From positions 128,001-192,000 of the forward strand of contig JBFRWN010000017.1 in NCBI GenBank assembly GCA_051439605.1: a DNA stretch of 64,000 bases, read 5' to 3'. This DNA comes from Synechococcus sp. Its GTDB lineage: Bacteria > Cyanobacteriota > Cyanobacteriia > Thermostichales > PCC-7336. Below are positions 53,381 through 63,457 of this stretch, one piece after another; position 1 is the first letter of the stretch; the number at the start of each line of letters is the position of its first letter. A program made the translations under genes and the position numbers. Under the pieces are notes generated by a model. That model was not told the DNA's origin and made no database searches. It was given only the letters and a program-made list of their open reading frames with translations.

Positions 53381-54277
53381 ATGGCCGACCCCATCGTTGT
53401 AGATAAGAAGTCCCTTCAGGTAAACAAGTACCGTCCCAAGGCTCCGTTCGTAGCCAAGGCTCTGGAAAATTACCCCATTGTCAAAGACGGTGCGCCTGGT
53501 GATACTCGCCACATCGTGATCGACTTAGAAGGGAGCGGGATCGAATATGTAGAAGGCCAGAGTATTGGTGTTGTCCCCCCCGGCACCACTGAGGAGGGTA
53601 AGCCCCACAAGCTACGCCTCTACTCGATCGCATCCAGCCGCAACGGTGACGATGGCGATCGCAGGACAGTGTCTCTCAGCATCAAGCGCTTGGTCTACAA
53701 CCACCCCGAGACTGGCGAAGAAGTGAAGGGTGTCTGCTCAAACTTCCTTTGCGACCTCAACCCTGGCGATGAGGTGATGCTGACCGGTCCCGTTGGAAAA
53801 AGTTTCTTGCTGCCCAACGACCTAGAATCCACCATCATCCTGATTGCCACCGGCACCGGTATCGCCCCCTTCCGCGCATTCATCCGTCACCTGTTTGACG
53901 AGCGCAATGACTTCAAGGGCAAAGTTTGGCTGTTCTTCGGCGTTCCTACCACCTCCACCATCCTCTACAACGAGGACTTGGATGACTACGCCGCTCGCTT
54001 CCCCGAGCAGTTCAAGGTGGACTACGCCATCAGCCGCGAAGAGAAAACTGACGACGGTCAGAAGATGTACGTCCAAAACCGGATGGCTTACTACACCGAC
54101 GAGCTGTGGGAGCTGCTGAAAAAGGACAACACCTATACCTACATCTGTGGTCTCAAGGGTATGGAAGATGGCATCAACTCAATCATGGGCCCCAAAGCAG
54201 CAGCAGAAGGTCTAGATTGGGTTGAGTACCAGCGCAGTCTGAAAAAGTCCCACAACTGGCACGAAGAAACCTACTAA
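53381..54277 (+). CDS. petH: Ferredoxin-NADP+ reductase, short form without CpcD-like domain
   Basis: KLRLYSIAS, GVCS, ATGTGIAPF, YICGLKGM, C-terminal ETY; AGGAG RBS; in-frame TAA at 53336. Confidence 0.96.
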   Translation: MADPIVVDKKSLQVNKYRPKAPFVAKALENYPIVKDGAPGDTRHIVIDLEGSGIEYVEGQSIGVVPPGTTEEGKPHKLRLYSIASSRNGDDGDRRTVSLSIKRLVYNHPETGEEVKGVCSNFLCDLNPGDEVMLTGPVGKSFLLPNDLESTIILIATGTGIAPFRAFIRHLFDERNDFKGKVWLFFGVPTTSTILYNEDLDDYAARFPEQFKVDYAISREEKTDDGQKMYVQNRMAYYTDELWELLKKDNTYTYICGLKGMEDGINSIMGPKAAAEGLDWVEYQRSLKKSHNWHEETY

Positions 54278-54315
54278 ACCGAATCGATTCTTCCCAGGTT
54301 TTAGATTCGAAGTTC

Positions 54316-54339
54316 GCCCCCTTTTTGAGGGGGCTTTTT
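54316..54339 (+). terminator. Intrinsic terminator of petH
   Basis: GCCCCCT-TTTTG-AGGGGGC followed by T5. Confidence 0.8.
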
Positions 54340-54614
54340 CTTTACTGGCTAAGTGACTCAACACAAATCAACTCTTCGAACGTGGAGAATAGTCTCTCGA
54401 TCCAATGTCACCAGTAAAAGATCGACGTCGTTGGTGAGTCGGGCAAACCAAGAGCAATAGCTAAACAGAGAAGGGCGTTGTCCTAATGATGGGGTATCCG
54501 CGGTGGGAATAGCATCATGTCTGGCGAGAAGGACACAGAGCAGCTTCAGAAGGGCAAAAAGAGAGTTCTGACAACCAATGCCATAACTTTCTTTATAGTA
54601 AAATTTGAGATTTA

Positions 54615-54687
54615 TGGAGCTTAGCGGACTCGAACCGCTGACCCCTTCAATGCCATTGAAGTGCTCTACCAGCTGAGCTAAAGCCCC
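54615..54687 (-). tRNA. tRNA-Ala(GGC)
   Basis: GGGGCTTTAGCTCAGCTGGTAGAGCACTTCAATGGCATTGAAGGGGTCAGCGGTTCGAGTCCGCTAAGCTCCA; G3:U70, A32-U38; CCA not encoded. Confidence 0.97.
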
Positions 54688-54836
54688 ATGTCTTACGGAC
54701 TTATAGAATGCAGGATGGTCTGTCTAATGTCAATAGATATTGAAAATGTCTTGAGGCTAGGGAAAGTCGTCTTGCGCTTGACTCCTCCTAATCGGAGCAG
54801 AGAGGTCGCCTAAACCCTCTGCTCCAGCAGCTAAGG

Positions 54837-55325
54837 TTATGCATCCATAGCGCTGATAATGTAGTCAAAGAAGGGGGCAGCCTCAGCAGCATCCTCAGTA
54901 TTCAGTAGATCGAGAGACACTTCCTTCATCAACTTCATGGCATCTACCATGCCGGGAATCGGTACGTTGAGAGCGTTGTACATCTCTCGTACTCCAACCA
55001 AACCAATCGACTCGATAGGCCCCTTGTCACCAGCAATAATGCCGTAGGTGATCAAGCGCAGGTACCAGTCATAATCTCGCAAGCACTGGTTATATCGCTT
55101 GGGGCTGGATGCGTTTCCCCCCTGCTGGCGATATTCGGGACGCTTGGCAAACAGCAAGCGCTGAGCATCATCAATAATCTTTTTGCGGTTTTCACTCAAG
55201 ATTTCCGCAATTCTCAGGCGGCGAGCACCAGTGCCCATATATTGCTTTACTGCATCCAGTTCGCTAGATGTGGGGTAGCGCAGTTCGTCATCAGCGATTT
55301 CGATAATGTCATTAATTACGCTCAC
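54837..55325 (-). CDS. apcD: Allophycocyanin alpha-B subunit
   Basis: ADDELRYPT, GGNA, QCLRDYDWYLRLITYG, GVREMYNAL. Confidence 0.9.
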   Translation of the reverse strand: MSVINDIIEIADDELRYPTSSELDAVKQYMGTGARRLRIAEILSENRKKIIDDAQRLLFAKRPEYRQQGGNASSPKRYNQCLRDYDWYLRLITYGIIAGDKGPIESIGLVGVREMYNALNVPIPGMVDAMKLMKEVSLDLLNTEDAAEAAPFFDYIISAMDA

Positions 55326-55740
55326 AATAGGGAGTCTCCGGGTGCTAACGAAATTTAATTAAATAGGGTTGCCACATTTTGTAATCGAACTTGCTGCAGA
55401 AACGCAACTGTCCTTATAGACCCAACGTATTTTTCAGGATTGCAATAATCCGAAAAAGCGGAGCGCCCCCTAACAAGAGTTATCAAGTTCGGTAATGTAA
55501 CAGCCAAATTTATTTTACTAAACCCAGCTCCACTCCCAGCAGAATTCATGCATCTCAAGATTTTGCCGATAGTAGGAGCAATCAAGATCCCATCACGAAG
55601 AGTCTCAAAGCCTTACCATCCCCTGCAAAACTTAGGGTTCCAGCAGCTTGAGTCGTTATATTGTCGAATTCAGAGCGTTCACAATGTCCCCTCGAAATGT
55701 AGCCTCCAACTAGAGATAAATTGTGAAGAAACGCAAAGAA

Positions 55741-55777
55741 TCTGGAAATCTCCCTCCCAAAGAGGGGAGATTCCAGA
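55741..55777 (-). terminator. Hairpin downstream of pilT
   Basis: TCTGGAAATCTCCC...GGGAGATTCCAGA inverted repeat. Confidence 0.55.
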
Positions 55778-55790
55778 CCTGCTGCAACTG

Positions 55791-57245
55791 CTAGATGCGG
55801 CCTCTTAACATTTGACTCATTTCATTGGGGCGGGGAGATGCCTCCAAGGCCACCTCTGAGGTGATGCGCGACTCTTCATAGAGGTTGTAGAGCGACTGAT
55901 TCATTGTGACCATACCGTCATAGGTCGATTGCGGAATCAGAGCCTCGATATCGTCGATTGCCCCCCGCTTGATGTAGTCCTTAACCGCATCGGTGTTGAC
56001 CAAAATTTCGTGGGCAGCAGCCCGCTTGCCATCTGTGGTCTTGACTAGGGTTTGGGCGATCGTCGCCACCATAGTTTCCGCAATTTGTATGCGCATGGGC
56101 TCCTGTTCGTCAGGATTGTAAATGTTTAGCAAACGTTCGATGGTCTTCACCGCACTATTCGTGTGTAAGGTCCCAAAAACCAGGTGACCGGTTTGTCCCG
56201 CCTTTAGTGCGGTATCGACGGTTTCGCGATCGCGCATCTCTCCAATCAAGATGATGTCGGGATCCTCCCGCAGTGACGCCTTAAGGGCGTTGGCAAACTC
56301 TAGGGTATGAATGCCCACCTCCCGCTGGCGGATCATGCTCTTGCGGCTGGTGTGGACAAATTCAATCGGATCCTCAATTGAAATCAGGTGTTTGGCCATG
56401 TTGCGATTAATAAAGTCCACCATTGCCGCCAATGTAGTGGATTTTCCCGAGCCTGTAGGTCCTGTCACCAAGACCAACCCCTTATGTTGTTTAGAAATGT
56501 CCCGCAACACGTCAGGCAAGTTCAGCTGTTCCATCGTCAATATGGTGAGGGGAATCAGGCGCAACACCATGGCAGGTCCCAACAAGGACACAAATACGTT
56601 GACGCGACAGCGCACTAAACCTTCGTACTGAATCGCTGTGTCCAGTTCCATCCTGTGCCGAAATTCTTCCACCTGCGACTCCGGCAGAGATTCCCGCATC
56701 CAGCTGTAAAACACCTCTTCGGTGGTGGTGGGATGGCCACTGAGAACCATTTCTCCGCGCCCTCTAAACCGGGGAACTTCCCCCACCCCCAAATGGATAT
56801 CAGAGTAGTTATTTTCGAACGCCTCCTTCACCAACTGCTCTAAGGTTATGTGATTGGATTTAGGGCGGGCAGCTATTCTTGTCGTTGGATCGGTAGAGCG
56901 GCGAGGAGGCCCTTGTGGAGGAGCCACAGGAGTAACGGGGGGCGGAGCAGGCACTTTAGCAGCAGCCAACGATACCGGTGGAGGAGGTACGGGTAGGGCA
57001 GATGCAGTGGAGGAATTGTCAAACAAATCCGCAGGCAGTGGCGTTTGAGGAGGAGCCGGTGAAGCGGAAGGAACCGCAGGTTTCTCTGCCCGGGAGGGAG
57101 GGGCCTCTGCCACCGTTCGACTTAAGGGATCCAAAGCCGTGCTCTCTGAGAAACCTCCAGGATTACTCCCAGTTTGGGAACTTCCTGCAAGAGACAAAGG
57201 GGGAATATCCGCCATCGTGGGGGGCAGTTCATTTGCTTCGCTCAT
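55791..57245 (-). CDS. pilT: Type IV pilus retraction ATPase with Pro-rich N-terminus (PilT2-like)
   Basis: SDIHL, GPTGSGKSTT, IEDPIEF, LREDPD, GEMRD, TGHLVFGTLHT. Confidence 0.93.
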   Translation of the reverse strand: MSEANELPPTMADIPPLSLAGSSQTGSNPGGFSESTALDPLSRTVAEAPPSRAEKPAVPSASPAPPQTPLPADLFDNSSTASALPVPPPPVSLAAAKVPAPPPVTPVAPPQGPPRRSTDPTTRIAARPKSNHITLEQLVKEAFENNYSDIHLGVGEVPRFRGRGEMVLSGHPTTTEEVFYSWMRESLPESQVEEFRHRMELDTAIQYEGLVRCRVNVFVSLLGPAMVLRLIPLTILTMEQLNLPDVLRDISKQHKGLVLVTGPTGSGKSTTLAAMVDFINRNMAKHLISIEDPIEFVHTSRKSMIRQREVGIHTLEFANALKASLREDPDIILIGEMRDRETVDTALKAGQTGHLVFGTLHTNSAVKTIERLLNIYNPDEQEPMRIQIAETMVATIAQTLVKTTDGKRAAAHEILVNTDAVKDYIKRGAIDDIEALIPQSTYDGMVTMNQSLYNLYEESRITSEVALEASPRPNEMSQMLRGRI

Positions 57246-57573
57246 GGAACCTCCTAATTAGCTTCTGCCCGAGCGGAGAGCACAGACCGGACATAGGGTG
57301 GACATGCATATGGCTTTGGACATTTCATTTCGTATCGGCGCTATATCCCTCCGGGATATTGACTCGTGAACGGCTTGACCACCGCAATCGCAATAGCTAG
57401 CCCAAAGACAGAGATAGCTTACCCACTCTCTGTAGCAAGGATTCGGAGGGATCGGAGAATCACGGAGAGTTAGGCTATGGATTAATCAATAGTCGTAACC
57501 CCCAGGGGCAATAGCATCTAACGACTTCAAATGACTGGCACCTTAGAGTCTTGATGGAACGTGCAACTTACAA

Positions 57574-58761
57574 TTACAACACTTCCAAGATTTTGCAGAT
57601 TTTAGTGGCAATTCTGCAGGCAGCTCCTGGATGACCCATGCGCTCGCGGGCATTAGCCCAGAGATCTCTTGGGGAATCGAGTTCTTGTTGGATAAAAGAA
57701 GCTGCACTCGCCGGATCGGGCGCAAGGCGAAGACTGATCCCTAAAAGGCGCTGTTGTGTTTCAGCAAAGGTAGAGGTAAATTGCGGTCCCTCTCCTGGTA
57801 AGGTCACCACTGCTTTACCCAATCCCACGCATTGCTCGTTAGCGGTACCGGCCATTCCTAAGACAACATCTGCCCTGCGGGCACAGCTTGCAAACTGTCC
57901 AGAAATCAATAGAGCGGGGGGAACATCCTCAGACCATAAGCTACGCAGTTTTTCCACATCGAGGCTGGGAGCGATCGCCCCGTAGCAGGTGAAATGCTTT
58001 GGCAACCTGCGTACCACGTCCCCCATTAAAGCCCAGTTACGATAGGCTTCCGGAGGTCGGGAACCGGGTAGAAGCAGCACTGCAGGGCGATCTGCAGGTA
58101 TCTCCTGCAGATCCGGGCCACTTTCCAGGTTATCCATCATGGGATTGCCCAAATCAAACACTGGCAATCCATACTCTTTGAGACTGAGAGCAGTCAAAGA
58201 ATCGCGGGGAAATACTGCACGGCAACGGGGAGGTTTCATCATCCACCGCTCCCAAGGAGCGTGAACTGACAGGTGAGGTTGTGCACGCAGGGCTAGCCAC
58301 AGACGATGCCACCGGCGGTATGGGCCTTCCCGATCGGCAATGAAGTAATCGGATTTTGCCGTCCCCACAAACACAAAGGGCGTGCAGCTCCAACGTGCCA
58401 ACAACTGCACCACGATATCCCCCACCGCGAGGACAAGATCGACAGGGCGCTCGGGATGGCGGACCGCGCACATCTGGCGCATAGTTAGTCCTCCGAGCCC
58501 CCCCTTAAGGTCTCCCAATAACTGTTTCCAATCCATGTACACAAATCCCCCGGAAGGCATCGTGTCTTGGACGGGACCAATGATTTCAATATTGTGTTTC
58601 TGGTATGCTTGCCCCCTACCCACAATTGGTAGAGCAATAATATCAATCCTCAATTTTTGCAATTCGATCGCTAATTGAGAAGCGATATAGTCTTCACCGT
58701 GACCGTTGCTCAAACACAGGACTCTATATTTGCGGTAGGGGGCGTAGCTGTGAGTTGGCAA
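57574..58761 (-). CDS. Lipid-A-disaccharide synthase-related protein
   Basis: LSNGHGED, MPSGGF, GTAKSDY, GNPMMD, LLPGSR, MAGTANEQ. Confidence 0.85.
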   Translation of the reverse strand: MPTHSYAPYRKYRVLCLSNGHGEDYIASQLAIELQKLRIDIIALPIVGRGQAYQKHNIEIIGPVQDTMPSGGFVYMDWKQLLGDLKGGLGGLTMRQMCAVRHPERPVDLVLAVGDIVVQLLARWSCTPFVFVGTAKSDYFIADREGPYRRWHRLWLALRAQPHLSVHAPWERWMMKPPRCRAVFPRDSLTALSLKEYGLPVFDLGNPMMDNLESGPDLQEIPADRPAVLLLPGSRPPEAYRNWALMGDVVRRLPKHFTCYGAIAPSLDVEKLRSLWSEDVPPALLISGQFASCARRADVVLGMAGTANEQCVGLGKAVVTLPGEGPQFTSTFAETQQRLLGISLRLAPDPASAASFIQQELDSPRDLWANARERMGHPGAACRIATKICKILEVL

Positions 58762-59318
58762 GGGACGAGGAAAGGAACGGCTTCCTTAATCAATCAACTA
58801 TTCCAGGGGAGCGTCAAGCCAAGAACAAGGAATACTCACAGTCCTGTATTTCTGCCGCCCAATAAACGTTACGGTCTTGCAAATAGGGGCACATGACAAG
58901 TTTCGACAATCGAGCCGACCATCTTGGAAGTAAGGAATAAAAGAGTCTGTACATCAACAAAATTGAGTTCTAGCCTATTAGGACAAGTCTCTGGTCACAA
59001 TCGATATCAGCAACTACACAAGCGTGAACCTAAGCGACAGAAACAACATTGCATAACTAAAATTCATTAAACTTGAACACTTGAAACTCAAACTGCGAGC
59101 ATCATTCACAATCTCAGAATGTTCGAAGGAAAACCAGAAAAACATTACAAAGGTACAAGGTTGTGCAAAGTTCGCCGAAATCTCGAAGTAATGGGATACA
59201 AACTAAACGTGAGACAATCTACCGAGCTGCAAGCGGGCTGCTATTCTCACTATTGGGGCAACATGATCTTGCGTAGGTGGTGAGGCAATCTGCTTCCCCC
59301 TAATCGTCCAGGAGCAAT

Positions 59319-60089
59319 ATGGTACTAACCTCTGAAAGCACAGTGGCATTTTCCTTCACAGTAGGATCGCGGACTGTATCCGCAAACGAGCTGCCTCATC
59401 TGCTAGAGCGCTATGATTTGATGCCTCAGTTGGTGAGGGAGTTAGTGGTCGATGAGACGATCGCTAGCATCCGGCTCTCTTCAGCCACCTTGGACGAAGC
59501 CATACAGCAATTTAGGCAGCGCAACCAGTTGGCTACCGACGAGCAATTGCAGGCATGGCTCTCACAAAATCAGATGACGCTCGCTGACCTTCAGGCACGG
59601 CTAGAGAGGACCCTCAAGATAGAGCAGTACAAGACCGATCGATGGGACTCGCAACTTGAAAATATCTTTCTAAAGCAAAAGACACAGTTTGATAAAGCTG
59701 TCTACTCTTTAATTCGCACCTCCGATCCCTATGCCGCGCAAGAGTTTTTTTTCCGGCTACAAGAAGGAGAACAGTCATTCTCAGAGATTGCCAGCCAGTT
59801 CAGCCAGGGACCAGAAGCTAAAACTGGCGGAATGGTGGGACCAGTGCCTCTAGGCAATATTCATCCCGCATTGATTCAAATCCTGTCATCCAGCCAACCA
59901 GGACAACTGCACCCTCCTATGCGCTTGGACAAATGGAATGTTATCGTTCGTCTCGAGCAGATGCTCCCCGCTCAACTCGACGATGCTATGCGTCAAACGT
60001 TGCTTAAGCAGCTGTACGAGAATTGGCTAAACGAACGGGTAGCTGAAGTCCTCGAGCAAAATAGCGACCCTGCCATGACTGAAGTGTAA
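59319..60089 (+). CDS. PpiC-type peptidyl-prolyl isomerase associated with type I secretion
   Basis: YSLIR, EFFFRLQEGE, SQGPEAKTGG.VGP; AGGAG RBS. Confidence 0.85.
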   Translation: MVLTSESTVAFSFTVGSRTVSANELPHLLERYDLMPQLVRELVVDETIASIRLSSATLDEAIQQFRQRNQLATDEQLQAWLSQNQMTLADLQARLERTLKIEQYKTDRWDSQLENIFLKQKTQFDKAVYSLIRTSDPYAAQEFFFRLQEGEQSFSEIASQFSQGPEAKTGGMVGPVPLGNIHPALIQILSSSQPGQLHPPMRLDKWNVIVRLEQMLPAQLDDAMRQTLLKQLYENWLNERVAEVLEQNSDPAMTEV

Positions 60090-60096
60090 CTGCAAC

Positions 60097-63000
60097 ATGA
60101 CCTCTACATCTTCCCCATCTTCTTCAACTGAAGCTTGGTTGAGCAAGCAATCCCCCTTCGATCTCCTCCCTCCCCGAGCGATTTCTCAGCTAGTTAAGCA
60201 GGTCAAATGGGTACGCTACCGCATGGGTCAGCCCATGGTTGCCCGAGATCGTCTGCCTGGCCAGCTATACGTTCTCTCAGAAGGGCAAGCTCGTTCTATT
60301 GGTCACGACTCTAGCACCAATCGGGCGATTTCCCTTTCCTCCAAAGAACCTGGGGAACTTCTGGGCTGGTTGAGTTTGGTACGCGATCGCCCCTGCGAAG
60401 CTGTCATTGCCTCTGTGGAAGCCACGGCAGCAGTCCTACCTGCTACCGCTTTTCTAGATCTATTAGAAAGCTATCCAGTGCTGGAAGAGTGGGTGCAGAA
60501 ACCTCAACTGCTAGAGGTATTTGACCTCTTGGGCCTCTACCTCCAGGATCGGGCCGATCGGTCCGCGATCTTCGAACGTCAACAGGTCAATGACCTACAG
60601 GGATTAGCCGTCAAGCTATTTCCCAAAGTCACCCTCCAGACTGTGAAAAAGCCTGAGGATGCGAACAGACTGGACGAAGACACCTTGTGGCTTCTCAGTA
60701 ACGGTCCTGATGCAGGCAGCGAAGTTGAATCCGTGGCGGATGCAAAGCGGTTGCTCTCTAACTCGGGAGGCAGTCTGAGACTGGTTGGTTTGCCAGTAAC
60801 AGCATTGTTGAGCTCCAGCTCGGTGGCCCATGCCCTTTCAACTGCAGCTAAAACCACTCTGGCAAAGGCAAGCGGTTCAAGTTCCGCTTCCTCCATCACA
60901 TTACATTCCGAAATCCCCTACGCAGAAGGCGCCCTTACAGCGCTTCCGGAAAGCCGTCGCCAGAGGCGAGATCGTCAACCCCAACAAAAATTTCCCTTTG
61001 TTAAGGGGCGCGGTCCAATTGATGCCCCCATGGCCTGTTTCCAAATGCTGAGCCAGTTTTTCAACGTCCCCTTCCGGCGGGATGTAGTGAAGCGAGTGCT
61101 TCTGAATCAGCAGGAACGGATGGGTAGCATATCGCTTCAGGCTTGTGGGGCGATCGCGGAAATGATGGGCTTAAATGCCCAACTCTATGGGGCTCCATCC
61201 GCAGCTATTGGCCAAATTCAAACCCCATCAATGGTGCAGTGGAACGATCGCCTAGTGGTGATCTTTAGCGCCAGCGCTCAAGAACTCACCATCGCCATCC
61301 CAGAAGAAGGCATTCGTCGCATTTCCATTGATGATTTCGTCCAAGCGGCTGACGACAACATTGAAGTCGTCTCCTTACAAAAAACCCAGTACACCCCCGA
61401 GCAACGCTTCAGCCTGAAGTGGTTTTGGCCCTCGATTGTTAAATATCGCAAGGTCCTGATCGAGGTCCTGATCGCCTCGATTTTCGTGCAAATGTTTGCC
61501 CTGGCTAATCCTTTGATGGTGCAAATCATCATTGACAAAGTCATCTCGCAAGGGAGCGTGGATACTCTGAATGTTTTGGGGGGATTGCTAATCGGGGTGG
61601 CCCTCTTCGAAGGGGTTCTAACAGCGATTCGTACCAACTTGTTTGCAGACACCACAAACAGGATAGATGTAGCGTTAGGGTCGCAGGTTATTAACCACCT
61701 GCTGCACTTGCCCATGCGTTATTTCGGTCGCCGTCCGGTGGGGGAACTGGCTAGCCGGGTGAACGAGCTAGAAAATATTCGCCAATTCTTGACCGGTACT
61801 GCCCTTACAGTCGTACTCGATGCGATTTTCTCGGTGGTCTACATTGCAGTCATGATGGTTTACAGCCCGCTACTCACGGTTGTTGCTCTATCGACTGTAC
61901 CTTTATTTGCTCTCCTGACCTTGACAGTCGCCCCTGTTTTGAGGCAGCAGGTGCGGGAGAAGGCCGAACGCAATGCTGAAACCCAGGCGTATCTGGTTGA
62001 GGCAGTTTCGGGGATTGAAACGGTCAAGGCGCAGAATATCGAACTGTCCACCCGTTGGCAATGGCAGCAAAAGTATGCACGCTACGTCAGCGCGGGTTTC
62101 AAAACTGTCATCACTTCCAGTACAGCTGGATCCCTGAGTAGCTTCCTGAATAAGTTATCCGGGCTCCTATTGCTTTGGGTCGGTTGTTACCTGGTATTGC
62201 AAGGGGAACTAACGTTAGGTCAGATTATTGCCTTCCGCATCATTGCGGGTTACGTAACCCAGCCGTTGCTGCGATTGATCCAGCTGTGGCAAAACTTCCA
62301 AGAAACTGCTCTCTCGCTGGAACGCTTGAGCGATATTCTCGATCACCCCCAAGAGGTGGAAGGGGACGATCGCAACAATATCCCGATGCCTACGATTAAG
62401 GGGGCTGTCAACTATGAAAACGTCAGCTTCCGGTTTAAAGACAATGGGCCACTTCAGCTTAAGTCGGTCAATCTGAGCTTCAGCCCCGGCCAGTTCGTCG
62501 GTATTGTCGGCCAAAGCGGTTCGGGTAAGAGTACGTTAATGAAACTCCTCATGCGGTTGTACGACCCTGCGGAGGGCAGAATCACGGTCGATCGCTACGA
62601 TGTTCGCAAAGTCGATTTATACTCTCTGCGTCGACAGATTGGCATGGTACTGCAGGATTCTCTGCTATTCGACGGCACAGTGCAGGAAAATATCGCCCTG
62701 ACCAACCCTGATGCCTCGGTTGAGGAAATCGTTAATGCGGCAAAAATTGCCTTTGCCCACGAATTCATCATGGACCTGCCCAACGGGTACAACACCCGAG
62801 TGGGCGAGCGCGGTTCAGGGCTATCGGGAGGTCAACGTCAGCGCATTGCGATCGCGCGAGTGGTTTTGCAAAATCCGAACCTGTTAATTCTGGACGAAGC
62901 AACCAGTGCTCTCGATTACAACTCCGAACGACAGGTCTGCACAAATCTAGCCACCGCCTTCTCCCATCGCACGGTCTTCTTTATCACCCACCGCCTCAGC

Positions 63001-63132
63001 ACCATTCGTCAGTCAGACACCATCGTAATGATGGACAACGGAGTGGTAGCGGAACAAGGAACCCACGATGAATTAATGGCCCTGAGAGGGAGATACTACA
63101 CCCTCTATCAACAACAGGAGGCAATGGCATAA
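60097..63132 (+). CDS. HlyB-family type I secretion ABC transporter (cNMP-like + C39-like + TM + ATPase)
   Basis: GQSGSGKST, LSGGQRQR, ILDEATSALD; C39-like region DAPMACF lacks the catalytic Cys position. Confidence 0.93.
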   Translation: MTSTSSPSSSTEAWLSKQSPFDLLPPRAISQLVKQVKWVRYRMGQPMVARDRLPGQLYVLSEGQARSIGHDSSTNRAISLSSKEPGELLGWLSLVRDRPCEAVIASVEATAAVLPATAFLDLLESYPVLEEWVQKPQLLEVFDLLGLYLQDRADRSAIFERQQVNDLQGLAVKLFPKVTLQTVKKPEDANRLDEDTLWLLSNGPDAGSEVESVADAKRLLSNSGGSLRLVGLPVTALLSSSSVAHALSTAAKTTLAKASGSSSASSITLHSEIPYAEGALTALPESRRQRRDRQPQQKFPFVKGRGPIDAPMACFQMLSQFFNVPFRRDVVKRVLLNQQERMGSISLQACGAIAEMMGLNAQLYGAPSAAIGQIQTPSMVQWNDRLVVIFSASAQELTIAIPEEGIRRISIDDFVQAADDNIEVVSLQKTQYTPEQRFSLKWFWPSIVKYRKVLIEVLIASIFVQMFALANPLMVQIIIDKVISQGSVDTLNVLGGLLIGVALFEGVLTAIRTNLFADTTNRIDVALGSQVINHLLHLPMRYFGRRPVGELASRVNELENIRQFLTGTALTVVLDAIFSVVYIAVMMVYSPLLTVVALSTVPLFALLTLTVAPVLRQQVREKAERNAETQAYLVEAVSGIETVKAQNIELSTRWQWQQKYARYVSAGFKTVITSSTAGSLSSFLNKLSGLLLLWVGCYLVLQGELTLGQIIAFRIIAGYVTQPLLRLIQLWQNFQETALSLERLSDILDHPQEVEGDDRNNIPMPTIKGAVNYENVSFRFKDNGPLQLKSVNLSFSPGQFVGIVGQSGSGKSTLMKLLMRLYDPAEGRITVDRYDVRKVDLYSLRRQIGMVLQDSLLFDGTVQENIALTNPDASVEEIVNAAKIAFAHEFIMDLPNGYNTRVGERGSGLSGGQRQRIAIARVVLQNPNLLILDEATSALDYNSERQVCTNLATAFSHRTVFFITHRLSTIRQSDTIVMMDNGVVAEQGTHDELMALRGRYYTLYQQQEAMA

Positions 63133-63457
63133 ATGCCCGCTGACCAAGCAATTTCATCACTGTATCCCGGACATCAGAATACAACCAGTGTCTTACATAC
63201 CTCCTAATGAATTGCTTTTTTCATGAGCATGCCTAACCCAGTTAGCTAAATCTAATATTGAGACTGGATGATTCATTTTTTAGTTTTTTTCTATACCTTA
63301 ATTCGATCTTACGTTCGTAGTGGCTGAGAGAGTTGGAATAGCTCGCAACATTCCTGATGAATTGATCCCTTGGGTATCCCCGAATAAGCGTCAGGAATTC
63401 CTCCCGTAATCCCCCACCCCACCTTTACCCTCCAGTTCCTTTAAGAGGAAGTAAACG

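Noticed and set aside
54300..54690. Integrated element at the tRNA-Ala 3' end
   Set aside because: No integrase and no duplicated tRNA 3' end were seen; flanking genes are core.
1207..62795. Numerous 60-175 aa ORFs antisense to or nested within long genes
   Set aside because: They are shadow ORFs of well-supported genes and have no motifs of their own.
60097..63132. Bacteriocin-processing peptidase transporter implying a RiPP cluster
   Set aside because: The C39-like region lacks the catalytic Cys position and no precursor or modifying genes are present in the window.
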